Of a DNA stretch of 44,702 nucleotides, positions 1 through 10,184 are shown piece after piece; the stretch's first letter is position 1; the number at the start of each line of letters is the position of its first letter. The position numbers and the translations under genes were made by a program. The notes under the pieces were generated by a model. That model made no database searches. It was given only the letters and a program-made list of their open reading frames with translations, and was not told the origin of the DNA. The stretch lies in IMG/VR virus record IMGVR_UViG_3300037247_000488, positions 1 through 44,702 of that record, one strand, 5' to 3'. Origin of the DNA: a virus. Its lineage: Duplodnaviria; Caudoviricetes.

Positions 1-1849
1 TGGTCAGGTATTTTTCATAATTAGTATCCGCCCCGCCGTCATCCAAGTTGGTATAAATCATGCTTACCAGGTTACCGTCCCTGTCCTCAAACAAGCCAGC
101 CGGTTCGTAATCATAAGTAGTAACCGACTGCGTCCATACGGCTATCTTGGAACCCCATGTCGCACATTCGTCGTCCGAGATTTTCATATAGATTTGACTC
201 AGGGCTTTTTCTGTCTCTTCTTCCTCCCAGATGCAGATAAAGTTTCCATTGGATAGTAGGAACAAAGACACATCCTCTGCCCCGTTAGTTGCGTCGAGAA
301 GGATGCCTGATGCCACAGTAGAGTATTCGCTCCAATTAGTACCGCTATCAGTAGTCCTGTAAATTTTAATATCATCCTTGTCGGACTTCTCTGATACTAC
401 AAAATACTCGGTATCGCTTAGAGCTACTAAATCAGCCTCCTTGTGTCGTCCTGATGCGATAACAACCTCCGTACTCCATGTCACCCCGCCATCCGTAGAG
501 TATGAAAATGTACGGGTAGACGTTTCATTCCATCCTAGAGCTAGTAGCCTTGAGTCATCTGGCGTGGGTACAATACCCCCAACACTACGCAAGGCACTGC
601 TATTTGAAATATCCTCAAACGTGCTACCCCCGTCCTCGGAAGCTAAGAAATAAGCAACGTTGGATTCCTTGACAGCTACAATAAGTTTACCTTTATGATA
701 CGCAATCTTTGTCCCTGTCTGTGCAAGATTGTTAGTAACATTACGAGGAAAATACCTCGGAGAAAAACTCTGAGCTACGGGTGCGAGGTTCGGGTCATCA
801 TCATCCCACGGCAACTGAACACCAGGGAATGCATTGCCATAGTACATTACAATATCTCTTGTAGCCGCTGATGCAGAGGTTACGCCAAGAAGATTAACTA
901 AAAACACCGCTGTAGTGTTTGGCGTATAGCTCAACCGCTTTTGCGGCAATGTCTTTCCGGTTATTGCATCTGCAAAGCGTATATCTCTAAACTCAGAATT
1001 CATATCTGAGTCATAAGTGACCGTCACCTTATGGAGATAGTCTGTTACATCACTGCCACCGCCTGTAATAGTAATCGTCTTTTTCTTCGGCCAGAAGTCT
1101 TGGACAACAAACGGTATGGTAGGATACGTTCCCTTCGCCATAAGAGTTATCTCAGACGCAGTTGGTATCCTGTCAAGGACAACTATTCCATCCATCTGCC
1201 CATCAAACTTAGAAACGAAAGTAGAATTGTGTGCACCAATTCTAAAGGGTTGAGTGCTAACGGAAATTTTGTTGCCGTCAAGAGTAGCTGTGCCTGTTAA
1301 ATCCGTCCCAACTAAATCTCCAGCAGCATCTCGTATCGCTATGACCCAGCTCTTGTCAGAGTTGTCGTAAGCGAACACTACATAATAGAAAGTATCTACT
1401 GCCAAGTCAGAACCGTGCGTGCCAAGTGTTTCAGTAGTCGCCCCACCGTTGAAACCCACTAGAAACTGAGCATTCACAGCACCACTTACTTCCCTAAATC
1501 GAGTTATTATTGTCTTGTCAGTTGCATTCCATTTAGTAACGAAATCCGTCGCCCCCGATGAGACAGGAAGGATGGTCATGCGTATCCATCCCTGGATACT
1601 TATAACCTTTGTAGTATCACTACTCCTGAGCGGAAAGTTTACGCTAAGTCCAGAGTCAAGGATGTCCATATGGTCTGTTTCAGAAGAAACCCATAAACCA
1701 CTTCCAGTTCCCTGCTTGAAATTCGTAGTATCTTCCGCTACACCAGAATTGGTAAAGTCATTGTCTAACCTGGAATCCATTACAAGATTCCCAGGCTCCA
1801 AATTCAAAAGGAGATGACAATTAGGATCATTTACAAAGTCATTCGCCAT
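1..1849 (-). CDS. Large virion/receptor-binding protein (runs off the window start): LamG/ConA-like domain, DUF2341-like segment and BNR/Asp-box beta-propeller
   Basis: Not in the ORF track because it has no stop in the window. ATG at 1849 follows the holin stop directly; the frame stays open to position 2 (MANDFVNDPNCHLLLNLEPG...NYEKYLT). LamG-like PFRIGAH..FDGQMDGIVV, DUF2341-like FRDIRFAD..MYYGN, and Asp boxes SEDGGSTF, STDGGVTW, TTDSGTNW, SDDECATW. Confidence 0.8.
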   Translation of the reverse strand, partial: MANDFVNDPNCHLLLNLEPGNLVMDSRLDNDFTNSGVAEDTTNFKQGTGSGLWVSSETDHMDILDSGLSVNFPLRSSDTTKVISIQGWIRMTILPVSSGATDFVTKWNATDKTIITRFREVSGAVNAQFLVGFNGGATTETLGTHGSDLAVDTFYYVVFAYDNSDKSWVIAIRDAAGDLVGTDLTGTATLDGNKISVSTQPFRIGAHNSTFVSKFDGQMDGIVVLDRIPTASEITLMAKGTYPTIPFVVQDFWPKKKTITITGGGSDVTDYLHKVTVTYDSDMNSEFRDIRFADAITGKTLPQKRLSYTPNTTAVFLVNLLGVTSASAATRDIVMYYGNAFPGVQLPWDDDDPNLAPVAQSFSPRYFPRNVTNNLAQTGTKIAYHKGKLIVAVKESNVAYFLASEDGGSTFEDISNSSALRSVGGIVPTPDDSRLLALGWNETSTRTFSYSTDGGVTWSTEVVIASGRHKEADLVALSDTEYFVVSEKSDKDDIKIYRTTDSGTNWSEYSTVASGILLDATNGAEDVSLFLLSNGNFICIWEEEETEKALSQIYMKISDDECATWGSKIAVWTQSVTTYDYEPAGLFEDRDGNLVSMIYTNLDDGGADTNYEKYLT

Positions 1850-2413
1850 TTACTTCCTCATCTTCCTCATTAGGCTTCCGACCATCCCGAGGGCTCCGCC
1901 GCCGGCCTTGTCGTCGCTACGCTTCTTGATGTAGATGCCGAGTGCGGTGAGTCCGGCAACGATTATCCACTGCATCGACGAGTAAGCGATAATCACTTGT
2001 ACGGCCTTGTCTACGGAGCTAAGGAGCATAACGCCAGTAACCGTTACAAACATGAGCACCATACAGAAAATCATTGCATAGCCGAAGGTCGGGCGCATCC
2101 GGCGCACGTAGGGGTCGGCGCTCTCGTACTCGACACGTATGGTCTCGTTGACCATCTCAAGGCGTTTGGTCTCCTCGGCGTACATCGTCGCAGCGTGTTC
2201 GTTCATGGCGGCCTTGTACTCAATCATCTTGGCCGGGTTGTCCTTGAGGATCTCAAGGGCCGCGTCGTCGGTCGATGCGCTTGTGAGAGCCCGAGCGGTT
2301 TGTGAGATCATCTCCGCTGCCTTACCCGCCGTCTTGTTCCCCGTCAGGAGCCCTACGACCGACGGCCCTACGGCCTGAGCTAGTGCCATTATGATCGGTA
2401 TCGCTGGTATCAT
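1850..2413 (-). CDS. Holin (GTA-type 3TM holin family)
   Basis: 187 aa with SADPYVRRMRPTFGY motif followed by two hydrophobic helices and a basic tail; next to the lysozyme. Confidence 0.75.
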   Translation of the reverse strand: MIPAIPIIMALAQAVGPSVVGLLTGNKTAGKAAEMISQTARALTSASTDDAALEILKDNPAKMIEYKAAMNEHAATMYAEETKRLEMVNETIRVEYESADPYVRRMRPTFGYAMIFCMVLMFVTVTGVMLLSSVDKAVQVIIAYSSMQWIIVAGLTALGIYIKKRSDDKAGGGALGMVGSLMRKMRK

Positions 2414-2414
2414 A

Positions 2415-2825
2415 TTATCCCTCCACCATCATGTCGGCCAGCTCAACGGCCCTGCGCCCTACTTGTATAGCCCAACGAGAATCAAGCATCTCTATAGCTG
2501 CTCTCTCGAAGTCGTGAAGCCTGATAGCGTCGATGGTTCTCTTGAAGCCTAAGAACCTTGAAAGGCCTAGATTAAAGACCATGCTCGCAACGACGATGCG
2601 CCGTGCTTCGGACAGGCCACAGAACCAGTCGAAGTTTTCCCGGCACTCCCTGAGCACACCCTTAACGTCGTTGTCAAGCATCAGGTCTGATTCATCCTGG
2701 CTGATACCGTTGTCCTCAAGGTTTCTACCCACCGCGATTGTCCACTTGCCAGCGGAACATTTATACAACTTAAGACTATCAGCTTCGTGCTTCCTAAGAA
2801 CGGCTTTGAATCTATCGGTAAACAT
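2415..2825 (-). CDS. Endolysin, T4-type lysozyme (GH24)
   Basis: HE..LKLYKCSAGKWTIAVGRNL and MVFNLG..F, AAIEMLDSRWAIQVGRRA motifs. Confidence 0.9.
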   Translation of the reverse strand: MFTDRFKAVLRKHEADSLKLYKCSAGKWTIAVGRNLEDNGISQDESDLMLDNDVKGVLRECRENFDWFCGLSEARRIVVASMVFNLGLSRFLGFKRTIDAIRLHDFERAAIEMLDSRWAIQVGRRAVELADMMVEG

Positions 2826-2827
2826 AT

Positions 2828-3130
2828 TTATTTACCCCCGATCTTATGCAGGTTGGTTATGCTATCCGGTAGATCGCTTATACTCAACTTGAACCATGTC
2901 AAGATGCCGAACAAGAAAATGATAAGCCCGCCCCATACAAAGAGCTTGGTGACGGTACGCCAGATGGTGCTCTTTGTACCTGAGACAAGCTGTGACAGGT
3001 TCTCTACAAATTCGTGGTGCTTAAAGTGAGTCTCACGGTCGATGTGGAAATTCTCCCGCTCTTCTTGCATAGCCTCTTTGACGACCTTCTTTATCATAAA
3101 GCAGACTTCGGCTTCTTTCTCAGGGGTCAT
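2828..3130 (-). CDS. Hypothetical single-TM membrane protein in the lysis cassette
   Basis: 100 aa with hydrophobic LFVWGGLIIFLFGILTWF; tightly coupled to its neighbours. Confidence 0.65.
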   Translation of the reverse strand: MTPEKEAEVCFMIKKVVKEAMQEERENFHIDRETHFKHHEFVENLSQLVSGTKSTIWRTVTKLFVWGGLIIFLFGILTWFKLSISDLPDSITNLHKIGGK

Positions 3131-3504
3131 TAGTAATCTCCCTTGTCTAGTTGCCTGTTCAGTCTTGCTATTACAATCGCGTCCGGTGTGCCCTTCACAA
3201 GTTCCAGGTCAAGAACATCCTCTATCGCCTGTCGCCTTTCCTTAAGAGTTACGACGGAGACGTCTATACTCACCCCACCCCCTTTGCTTCCTCGCCATTT
3301 CTCTCTGTCCTTACGATCCGGTAGGGCGGTGGAGTCCATATCATCGTAATCAAGACCTGATAAAGCAGGTTTCTTTATTATAACTTCTTGATAATATCTT
3401 TCAAGATGCTCAACCGCTGTCTCCTTGCCCCTTCTGGCCTTCGGTGCAGGATGGATCACGCTTACCTGCCCGTCAGGCTTATAAACTACTCTACACATAT
3501 TCAT
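3130..3504 (-). CDS. Hypothetical protein, possible tail-fibre assembly chaperone
   Basis: Follows the tail fibre gene with a GGAGG SD; LP.RK.R..WR motif seen in fibre-associated proteins. Confidence 0.6.
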   Translation of the reverse strand: MNMCRVVYKPDGQVSVIHPAPKARRGKETAVEHLERYYQEVIIKKPALSGLDYDDMDSTALPDRKDREKWRGSKGGGVSIDVSVVTLKERRQAIEDVLDLELVKGTPDAIVIARLNRQLDKGDY

Positions 3505-3515
3505 TTAAAGCCTCC

Positions 3516-5036
3516 TTACTGTGCGCCAAAGATTTGCACGGAAACATGGGTGGGGTCATTGGCTGCCGCCGAGCCATCCATTGTGACACATTGGACAATA
3601 CAACTTCCAGCAGCGTGATTACCTATATTTACGCTACCATTTGCTGCATTTTGTGAGCCTACTGCACTAAAATTACCGTCAGCCATGTCGGTATCTATAG
3701 TGACTGTATAATTTCCGACTCCATTATCGACTATACCAGATACATTTACAGAATCCTTTATGGCAATGGTGCCTGACCCATTTAGCGCAACCCAAGCTTT
3801 ACAGATACTTCCCTTGGACAACGTATTGGCAACAGGGGGGGAGGCAGCAGCTACTTGCACAGTTACCCCGGAAGCAACTACCCGCACTATTTCTGCACCG
3901 CCTATTATCGCGCTAAGATCGCCGGACGTTCCACCCCACCCTGCGGTAACATCTGCCTTGTCAGGACATAATGTCGGATTTGTTATAGAGGACGCTTCGT
4001 TTTGTAAGGCAGGGCCATTTGTGTTGTTGGCTATAAAAGCTGTAGCGCTTATATTCCACTTTATAGCCCCGCTGCAAGATATGCCTATTTCATTTGCTGT
4101 GCTTTCATAGAAGCCGGTATCTGTCCATCCGACAGCCGGAGCGGCGGCACTCCCGGTAACAAGAACAATCGCTCCCGTCATCGTGCCACCCGCAAGACCG
4201 AGAGGATTTGGATTGAGAAGCACCCACTTATCGAGCGTCGCATCAAAAACAAGGTGCATCCGGAAGTTCGCGCCGGGTATATCACCAGCCACTAGATCAA
4301 CATCATTCTCCTTTACCATAGTCTTGGCATCAAGGCCGTCAGGCGCGAAGGTCGCGACTCCGGTGTTGGCCCCGGCTGCCTCAACTATACCCTCTACGTT
4401 GTTCGCTAGGGCCGCGATTACCGGGCTAAAGGTAGTAGTGATGGCGTCAACCGTACCACCAGCTACGCCTTGTCTGTTCGGGATTGTGATGCTGAGGTTG
4501 GAGCTGGCTAGGGTAAGGTCGGGGCCTACGGTCGTGACAATGGAGAGATCTGCGGCGTCAACCTGTTCAAGGGCTGTGCCTGTGGCGTCCCATCTCCACC
4601 ACTTAAGGGCAACGGGCACTGGAAGCTCTGTGTCTACCCCTGTCACTGTCTCGGGGAGCTTGAACGCCTTATTGATAAGGCTCAACAACTGCTGGGCTAT
4701 CATCATTATGTAGTCGAAGAAATCCTCGTGAACCTCAGCGAAGAAGTCTCCTTGATTACGGATGTCGGTCTCCTGAAGAAGCTCTACGTTACGCCTTATG
4801 ACCAGAGTGTAGTCGGTAGTGAGATTGCCAGCGAGAAGAGTGATAGTGCCGCCGCTAGTATCGCCAGCCCCATCTACGGTATAGTCAACGTCGATGACGA
4901 GGGTTGATTCTACGTCCGAAGTGTCTCGAACCGTGACGAGGAGATGAGTAGCCAGGAAGACTTTGAAGCTGTACGAATACTCATCAACGGCTCCGTTCCC
5001 GACGTAAGCATTGAAATCAGTCGTGCTTTCTAGCAT
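3516..5036 (-). CDS. Tail fibre protein with T7 gp17-like N-terminal anchor
   Basis: N-terminal YVGNG...YSYSFKVF...DYTV...RNQGDFFAEVHEDFFD anchor; C-terminal KAWVALNG...NVSGIVDNGVGNYTV tip domain. Confidence 0.85.
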   Translation of the reverse strand: MLESTTDFNAYVGNGAVDEYSYSFKVFLATHLLVTVRDTSDVESTLVIDVDYTVDGAGDTSGGTITLLAGNLTTDYTLVIRRNVELLQETDIRNQGDFFAEVHEDFFDYIMMIAQQLLSLINKAFKLPETVTGVDTELPVPVALKWWRWDATGTALEQVDAADLSIVTTVGPDLTLASSNLSITIPNRQGVAGGTVDAITTTFSPVIAALANNVEGIVEAAGANTGVATFAPDGLDAKTMVKENDVDLVAGDIPGANFRMHLVFDATLDKWVLLNPNPLGLAGGTMTGAIVLVTGSAAAPAVGWTDTGFYESTANEIGISCSGAIKWNISATAFIANNTNGPALQNEASSITNPTLCPDKADVTAGWGGTSGDLSAIIGGAEIVRVVASGVTVQVAAASPPVANTLSKGSICKAWVALNGSGTIAIKDSVNVSGIVDNGVGNYTVTIDTDMADGNFSAVGSQNAANGSVNIGNHAAGSCIVQCVTMDGSAAANDPTHVSVQIFGAQ

Positions 5037-5039
5037 AGC

Positions 5040-8000
5040 CTACTCCTCTCTGGTAAGGTTTTTAACCGCTCGCGGCGTGAACTGTCGCTTGAGGCCCTCG
5101 GCTCCCTTGAGTCCCGGCTTTGTCTTGTACTCTTCAAGCTTTATAAGAGCCTCCAGGTTCTTTCCAAGCTCATGAAGAAAGGTCATGCTCCTCGGAACTG
5201 ACATAAGTAATGACGGATTAATAGCTCCGAGCAGAGTTAAGGACTCACGCTTGATTTTCTTCATGAGCTGACCCATGAAGCTATTGTCGTCCTCATCATC
5301 TCCGAAGCTATGAACTACCAGGGCAATAAACGTCAGATAGACTACCCTGTAAAGTTCCTGAGCTTCCCTGGCTGTCACAGCCTCCTTGAACTTCTTTTGT
5401 TTAAGCCTTGATGCCGTGACCCTGATGTCTTTAATAATTGTTCTAGCTATGACTATTGCCCAGCTCTTATACTGGACTCCAGCTCCACCGAGTGAGGTGC
5501 TTCCTATGAGCGACTTGGTTCCAGGCACAACCCTCATTCTGCCCATTTCAAGCTTGAGCTGTGCGAGGCGCTCATCGCTTATTTCACCCCTATTATACTC
5601 ATCCTTCGTAATCGAGCCAATAAGAAATTGCTTGTTGTGAGTTACGCTTGAGACGTGGAACATAAAGAAGAGCCCCTCCATCAACTTCTGAGGTAATTCC
5701 TTGCCCGGAGCCCAAAATTCCTCCCATGCGCTTCTGCCCGTGAAGACCTCATATTTCTTAAGGAGAGCCCTGCCTTTTTTGGTAGCCATACGTTTCACTC
5801 CGAGAGTATACTTCCTTGGCCCTAACATAGCGGCAGTGGCCATCGCTTCACCGACGATAGCTGACGCTCCAACATAAATGTTACCACCAAGATCTATCAA
5901 GGAGGTGAACGTCCTGAGCGCCCTTATCGACAGGTCTATCTTCTGCCCCTGAGGAATGACACCACCAAAGTCAAGACGCCTGCCCTTCTTGTTGTTGATA
6001 TATTTATAGACGAAATCCTTGAGCTTCTGGTCGGTCGCTAATCCAGTTTTTGTCGTGCCGGTCGGAGAGATCGACTGAGCATATATATCCATTTTCGTCA
6101 TGATGGTATCGAGAGCCATCTTCTTTTCTATGGTCTGGACATAAACCATAAAAGCCTTGACCACGTTACGGGTCGGGTCTATCCCTCCCGTCCTTCTCAT
6201 GGCAAATCTGAAGTGCTTATTGAGGGGGAGTATGTCGCCAGTTCTATCGCTCAGAATCTTAAAGCTCATCTCGTCTTCTTCGTAGCTCTTGAAAATATTC
6301 AGCACGGCCTTTCCGAGGCCATCACTTTTAAGAGTTTCCAAGAAAGACTTGCGAAGATGTATAAAGTAGTTATCACGTCCTCTCTCTAGCGACCTCACTT
6401 TGATAAGATAATCGAGATAGCCAGCGAGCCTTACCTGCATATAGCTGGCAAGGTCTACCTGCTCAGGAGTCATCTGTTTTGCCAAGTCTTGCTTTAGATC
6501 ATCGTCGGACTCAAGGTACTCGAAGACCTGTTCGTCTTGAGGCACAACCCCACGGACGACTTTCTGCCATAGCGTCCCACCCCTGGACTTCTCAGACTTC
6601 TTAGCGAGGGCATAGACTTCACTCTCAATTTTGTGCGCCCTGGCCTCGTGAGCTAAGAGAGCCGTCGTCACTTGGTCGACGAGTATCCTGTAGAAAGGAT
6701 TTTGCTCACGAAGGGCCGAGTCCCACCTGAAGAAGTCAGCCTGCCCTACATCAATATTATTAAGAACCTCAACAGAAACCCCGGCCTCTTTGGCGAGGCG
6801 CTCCTTGGCCTCTCTCCAAGTACGCACACCCTCAAGGTCGCTGAAGTCAATCATCGAGAGCTGTGCCGGGCCGAGGAAGACATCGTCATCCTCGAACTCC
6901 TCAAGCGCATCAGTATATTGGTCGAGCTGCTTAATGCTCATCTGGCTTACAGGCGGAAGCCCGAGGGTCTTTCTGTAGTTGTCAACTTTTCTTAGACGCT
7001 TACGATTAAACAGCTCCATAAGACGAGCCTTGGCGAAGGCGGTCTCCTGAATTTGTTCGGCACGTATAAGGAGATCGTCCTTGAACTGCTTCCATTCGTA
7101 GTTCGTCATATTGCCTATGTTCCGGCGCTTTGTTAGCTTCTTCATCTGGCCGTCGCTCAGGCCGAGGTAGTCCTTGATTATCTTGAGCTGCTCACGCCTC
7201 CGGGCCATCAACTGTGCATCAGTCCTACCTTTTATCCCCGACGCCTCAAGCTCCCTCACCACGAGCATCCTACCCATGACGTCGCGCACATCGTCAGTCA
7301 ACTCGACATTAAGCTCGGTCAAACTTTGGTAGACCTCCATGAGCCATTGCTGAAACTGCTTAAAAGCTTTCTTAAGAGCTGCGTTAGGAGACTTGCCCTC
7401 AAAAAGGAACGCCTCGAAGCCTCGGGCCCATTGCTCATGATGCTCTTCGGTGAGGGGCTGCCCCTCTTCGACTCCGAACCACTTAAGTATCTTGTCGTAG
7501 TCGGCTATAATATCAGCCGGAGCATTCTCGAAAGAGGCCAGCCTACGCATCACTTCGAGATAGAGGTGCCCGGTCTCATGGATGAAGGACGACTTGTCGG
7601 CCCTCTTGAGGAGTTCAATATCAATGCCCTCTAGGCCGAAGGTGATGCGTGCGCGAGGCTCTACCCCTACGGGTTCCTCTGGAAAAAGACCAGCCTCAAT
7701 TGCCGCGTCAACATCTTCGATAGAATAAACTGGTGTCCCGGTTCCGGTTGTCTTGGCATCTACATCTGATCGCAGCGTATCGAGGAACTCGGCAGCGGAA
7801 GGCCTTTCAGTAAAGTATCCGGCCTCCCATGCAGCCTCGGCCATAGCGTCGACGGACAGACCAGTCTTGTTGTTGAGGAGATTGAACCCCTCCTTGATAC
7901 TGAATCGAGAGAGTAGTTCGCCCTTCATGGCCTCGCCAGTAGTCTTGAGCCCACCTGTTTTGCGAACAAAGTCGGCGAGGGTGCGGCGCTTCTCGGGACG

Positions 8001-10184
8001 TTGGGCTTGCTCAAGTATCCTCGGGTCGGTCGGGTCGAAGCGCTGGGCGAAGACGGACTTGATTTGAGTAGGCTCAAAGGCTACATAAGTAGTCTCGTCC
8101 TTATCCGGAAGAGCGAACCCATCAAAGCCTTGCTGTATAACTTCGTCAAGGGTTAGCCTATTGTACTCATCCCAACCAGCCGGGTTCTTAAGTGACAGAT
8201 AGACTTCCTGTATAACGCCCCTACCCTGAGCACCTACCTCTCCCTTCTCGACAGCATCCCTGCTAGAAGTAAACCAGAACTGTCCGCCTATCGTAAACTC
8301 AGGATCAAAAGCTTCAAACTCAGTAGAAGTTCCGTGAAATACCTGTAATGGCTCTCCAGCTTCGTCTACCACCTTGCTCTCTCCAAACCATGCCTTGAAC
8401 GCCGGGGTCTCGGTAACAATTCGACCGGCCTGGTCAAAGGTCTGTCCGTCCTCCTCAACTCTCTCGCCACCTATCCTAATATTCAGTTCCTCGAACATCT
8501 GGACGGGGTCCATGCCTATGCGCTCGGCGAGGGCGCGGAACGGATTACCGTAGAGCACCTCGGCCTGGATAGTGGCATCGGCCTCCGAGACCCCGGCGTT
8601 GAGAAGCTGTTGCTTGACGGAGTTCTTGACCTGGTCCTCGGGCGAGATCTCGGCCTCAAGCTCTCCGGCCTCTACCTTCTCGCGGAACTCACGCACCTGC
8701 CGAATGCTCCGCGCCTCCGTAGTGACTCGAATATCCTCGTTGAGAGCCTCGCCATGGGGCGTGTTAGCTATCTCGGAGGCATACCTCTGGATAGGAATGG
8801 TCACGTCCTCACCGGCAATCCCGGCACCCAGCTTGAGAAGGATGTCGTTGGGGTTCTCGCCCTGTTCTTCCCAGTAGGCGTTCCATATAGAGGCAGGTAT
8901 AAAAACGTCCCTAAACGGGCTGTCACGGGTTATCTCGGTCATTATCTCGTCGTAGGTCTCAGGAGAGCGCTGCCTCACCTTAGAGGCGTCTGATAGGGCC
9001 CCTAAGGCTATGATGAGTTCTTTCTGGCTCTTGGGTTCCTCTTCCCCGACTACCTGGCCGGCAAGATGCCCTATCGAGCTCATACCCACGGTCGCCACCA
9101 CGGTAGCCACGAGAGTCTCGTAGCCTCGACCGGGGCGCTCGGCGAGGAACTCAGATGCGGTCTTGGTCGGATTTAAGGTAGTCCACTCCGTCATGTCCTG
9201 TAAGAGGGTGGCTACCTGCTCAGTCGGAACTTCGGCGGCGATCTGTCTGGCCAGCAACCTGAAGAGGGGCGTCTTCTTAGCTATGTCTCCAAGGAGGCGT
9301 CCCATAGGAATAATCTCAGTGACGATCTCGATAGCGCCCTGAGTCAGACCAAACCTCAGATTTTGAAAAGGAGAGAGTCCGGCCTCGGCTCCCTGGCCGA
9401 AGGCTTGCCCTGTAGTGATACCCCCCAGGATTCCGAGAGCTATCGTAGATCCCCCGGAGAGGATGCCGGCGATGACTGCTGGAACTTGAGCGCCTATGGA
9501 CTCGAAGCCTCCGGCGACCGCGCGAACAGTCGGCCCGAATTCGCTAATGTCGCCACGTATTCCGGTCTGTATCTCTTCGGTTTTGCGGCGATAGGAGCGT
9601 GAGTAGTCTTGCATACTGTCTGCGAACGACCCCGGAACTAGAGACCAGAGCTGCTCATTGATACCGTGCATGGCCGGGAAAATACTGAAAGCGCCCGAGG
9701 CCAGCGACCTCGGAGCCACTCTTCCAACCATGTTAAGAAATGTAGCTTCTGTCCGCCCAAGATTGTCGAGATCATCATAGATAAGCCCCGTTCTATAAGG
9801 TGACTCCCTCATCCATTTTCCGATATGAGGGCTTCTGCGTGCGAAACCTTCGGCGACTCTGCTGATAGATTGCTGTTTGGTGACGTCGAGATTACGCTCT
9901 ATAAAATCCAAGGGGAGTCCAGTTGCTCTCTGGATGTCCAAAACCTCGGCTGATAATTGGGGGGGCTTTCCCGCCCCATCAAGGGTGACGGCATTCAACT
10001 GTTCTGAAGCAGTTACGTCCCCTTCTAAGGTTTTCAAGAAAGGATTCTCTTCTTTCTTGGTTTCGACAGGAGCCGGGGAAGGCACATCGACTATGGGCTC
10101 CTCAGTCAAGGGCCTCGGCGTAACCTCGGCCCGAGTCTGCTCTGACGCTCTTTCTAGTTCTTCAAGATAAGGATTAACGGGCAT
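5040..10184 (-). CDS. Large internal virion (ejection) protein, T7 gp16-position, polyvalent: ART-PolyVal-like and zincin metallopeptidase-like domains
   Basis: 1714 aa, third of three core genes before the tail fibre; FKAWFGESKVVD...VFHGT...YLSLKNP...FEPTQIKS and FIHETGH...HEQWARGFE motifs. Confidence 0.85.
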   Translation of the reverse strand: MPVNPYLEELERASEQTRAEVTPRPLTEEPIVDVPSPAPVETKKEENPFLKTLEGDVTASEQLNAVTLDGAGKPPQLSAEVLDIQRATGLPLDFIERNLDVTKQQSISRVAEGFARRSPHIGKWMRESPYRTGLIYDDLDNLGRTEATFLNMVGRVAPRSLASGAFSIFPAMHGINEQLWSLVPGSFADSMQDYSRSYRRKTEEIQTGIRGDISEFGPTVRAVAGGFESIGAQVPAVIAGILSGGSTIALGILGGITTGQAFGQGAEAGLSPFQNLRFGLTQGAIEIVTEIIPMGRLLGDIAKKTPLFRLLARQIAAEVPTEQVATLLQDMTEWTTLNPTKTASEFLAERPGRGYETLVATVVATVGMSSIGHLAGQVVGEEEPKSQKELIIALGALSDASKVRQRSPETYDEIMTEITRDSPFRDVFIPASIWNAYWEEQGENPNDILLKLGAGIAGEDVTIPIQRYASEIANTPHGEALNEDIRVTTEARSIRQVREFREKVEAGELEAEISPEDQVKNSVKQQLLNAGVSEADATIQAEVLYGNPFRALAERIGMDPVQMFEELNIRIGGERVEEDGQTFDQAGRIVTETPAFKAWFGESKVVDEAGEPLQVFHGTSTEFEAFDPEFTIGGQFWFTSSRDAVEKGEVGAQGRGVIQEVYLSLKNPAGWDEYNRLTLDEVIQQGFDGFALPDKDETTYVAFEPTQIKSVFAQRFDPTDPRILEQAQRPEKRRTLADFVRKTGGLKTTGEAMKGELLSRFSIKEGFNLLNNKTGLSVDAMAEAAWEAGYFTERPSAAEFLDTLRSDVDAKTTGTGTPVYSIEDVDAAIEAGLFPEEPVGVEPRARITFGLEGIDIELLKRADKSSFIHETGHLYLEVMRRLASFENAPADIIADYDKILKWFGVEEGQPLTEEHHEQWARGFEAFLFEGKSPNAALKKAFKQFQQWLMEVYQSLTELNVELTDDVRDVMGRMLVVRELEASGIKGRTDAQLMARRREQLKIIKDYLGLSDGQMKKLTKRRNIGNMTNYEWKQFKDDLLIRAEQIQETAFAKARLMELFNRKRLRKVDNYRKTLGLPPVSQMSIKQLDQYTDALEEFEDDDVFLGPAQLSMIDFSDLEGVRTWREAKERLAKEAGVSVEVLNNIDVGQADFFRWDSALREQNPFYRILVDQVTTALLAHEARAHKIESEVYALAKKSEKSRGGTLWQKVVRGVVPQDEQVFEYLESDDDLKQDLAKQMTPEQVDLASYMQVRLAGYLDYLIKVRSLERGRDNYFIHLRKSFLETLKSDGLGKAVLNIFKSYEEDEMSFKILSDRTGDILPLNKHFRFAMRRTGGIDPTRNVVKAFMVYVQTIEKKMALDTIMTKMDIYAQSISPTGTTKTGLATDQKLKDFVYKYINNKKGRRLDFGGVIPQGQKIDLSIRALRTFTSLIDLGGNIYVGASAIVGEAMATAAMLGPRKYTLGVKRMATKKGRALLKKYEVFTGRSAWEEFWAPGKELPQKLMEGLFFMFHVSSVTHNKQFLIGSITKDEYNRGEISDERLAQLKLEMGRMRVVPGTKSLIGSTSLGGAGVQYKSWAIVIARTIIKDIRVTASRLKQKKFKEAVTAREAQELYRVVYLTFIALVVHSFGDDEDDNSFMGQLMKKIKRESLTLLGAINPSLLMSVPRSMTFLHELGKNLEALIKLEEYKTKPGLKGAEGLKRQFTPRAVKNLTREE

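Noticed and set aside
3516-5036. Diversity-generating retroelement as in BPP-1
   Set aside because: No reverse transcriptase and no template/variable repeat pair seen in the window; the missing segment cannot be excluded.
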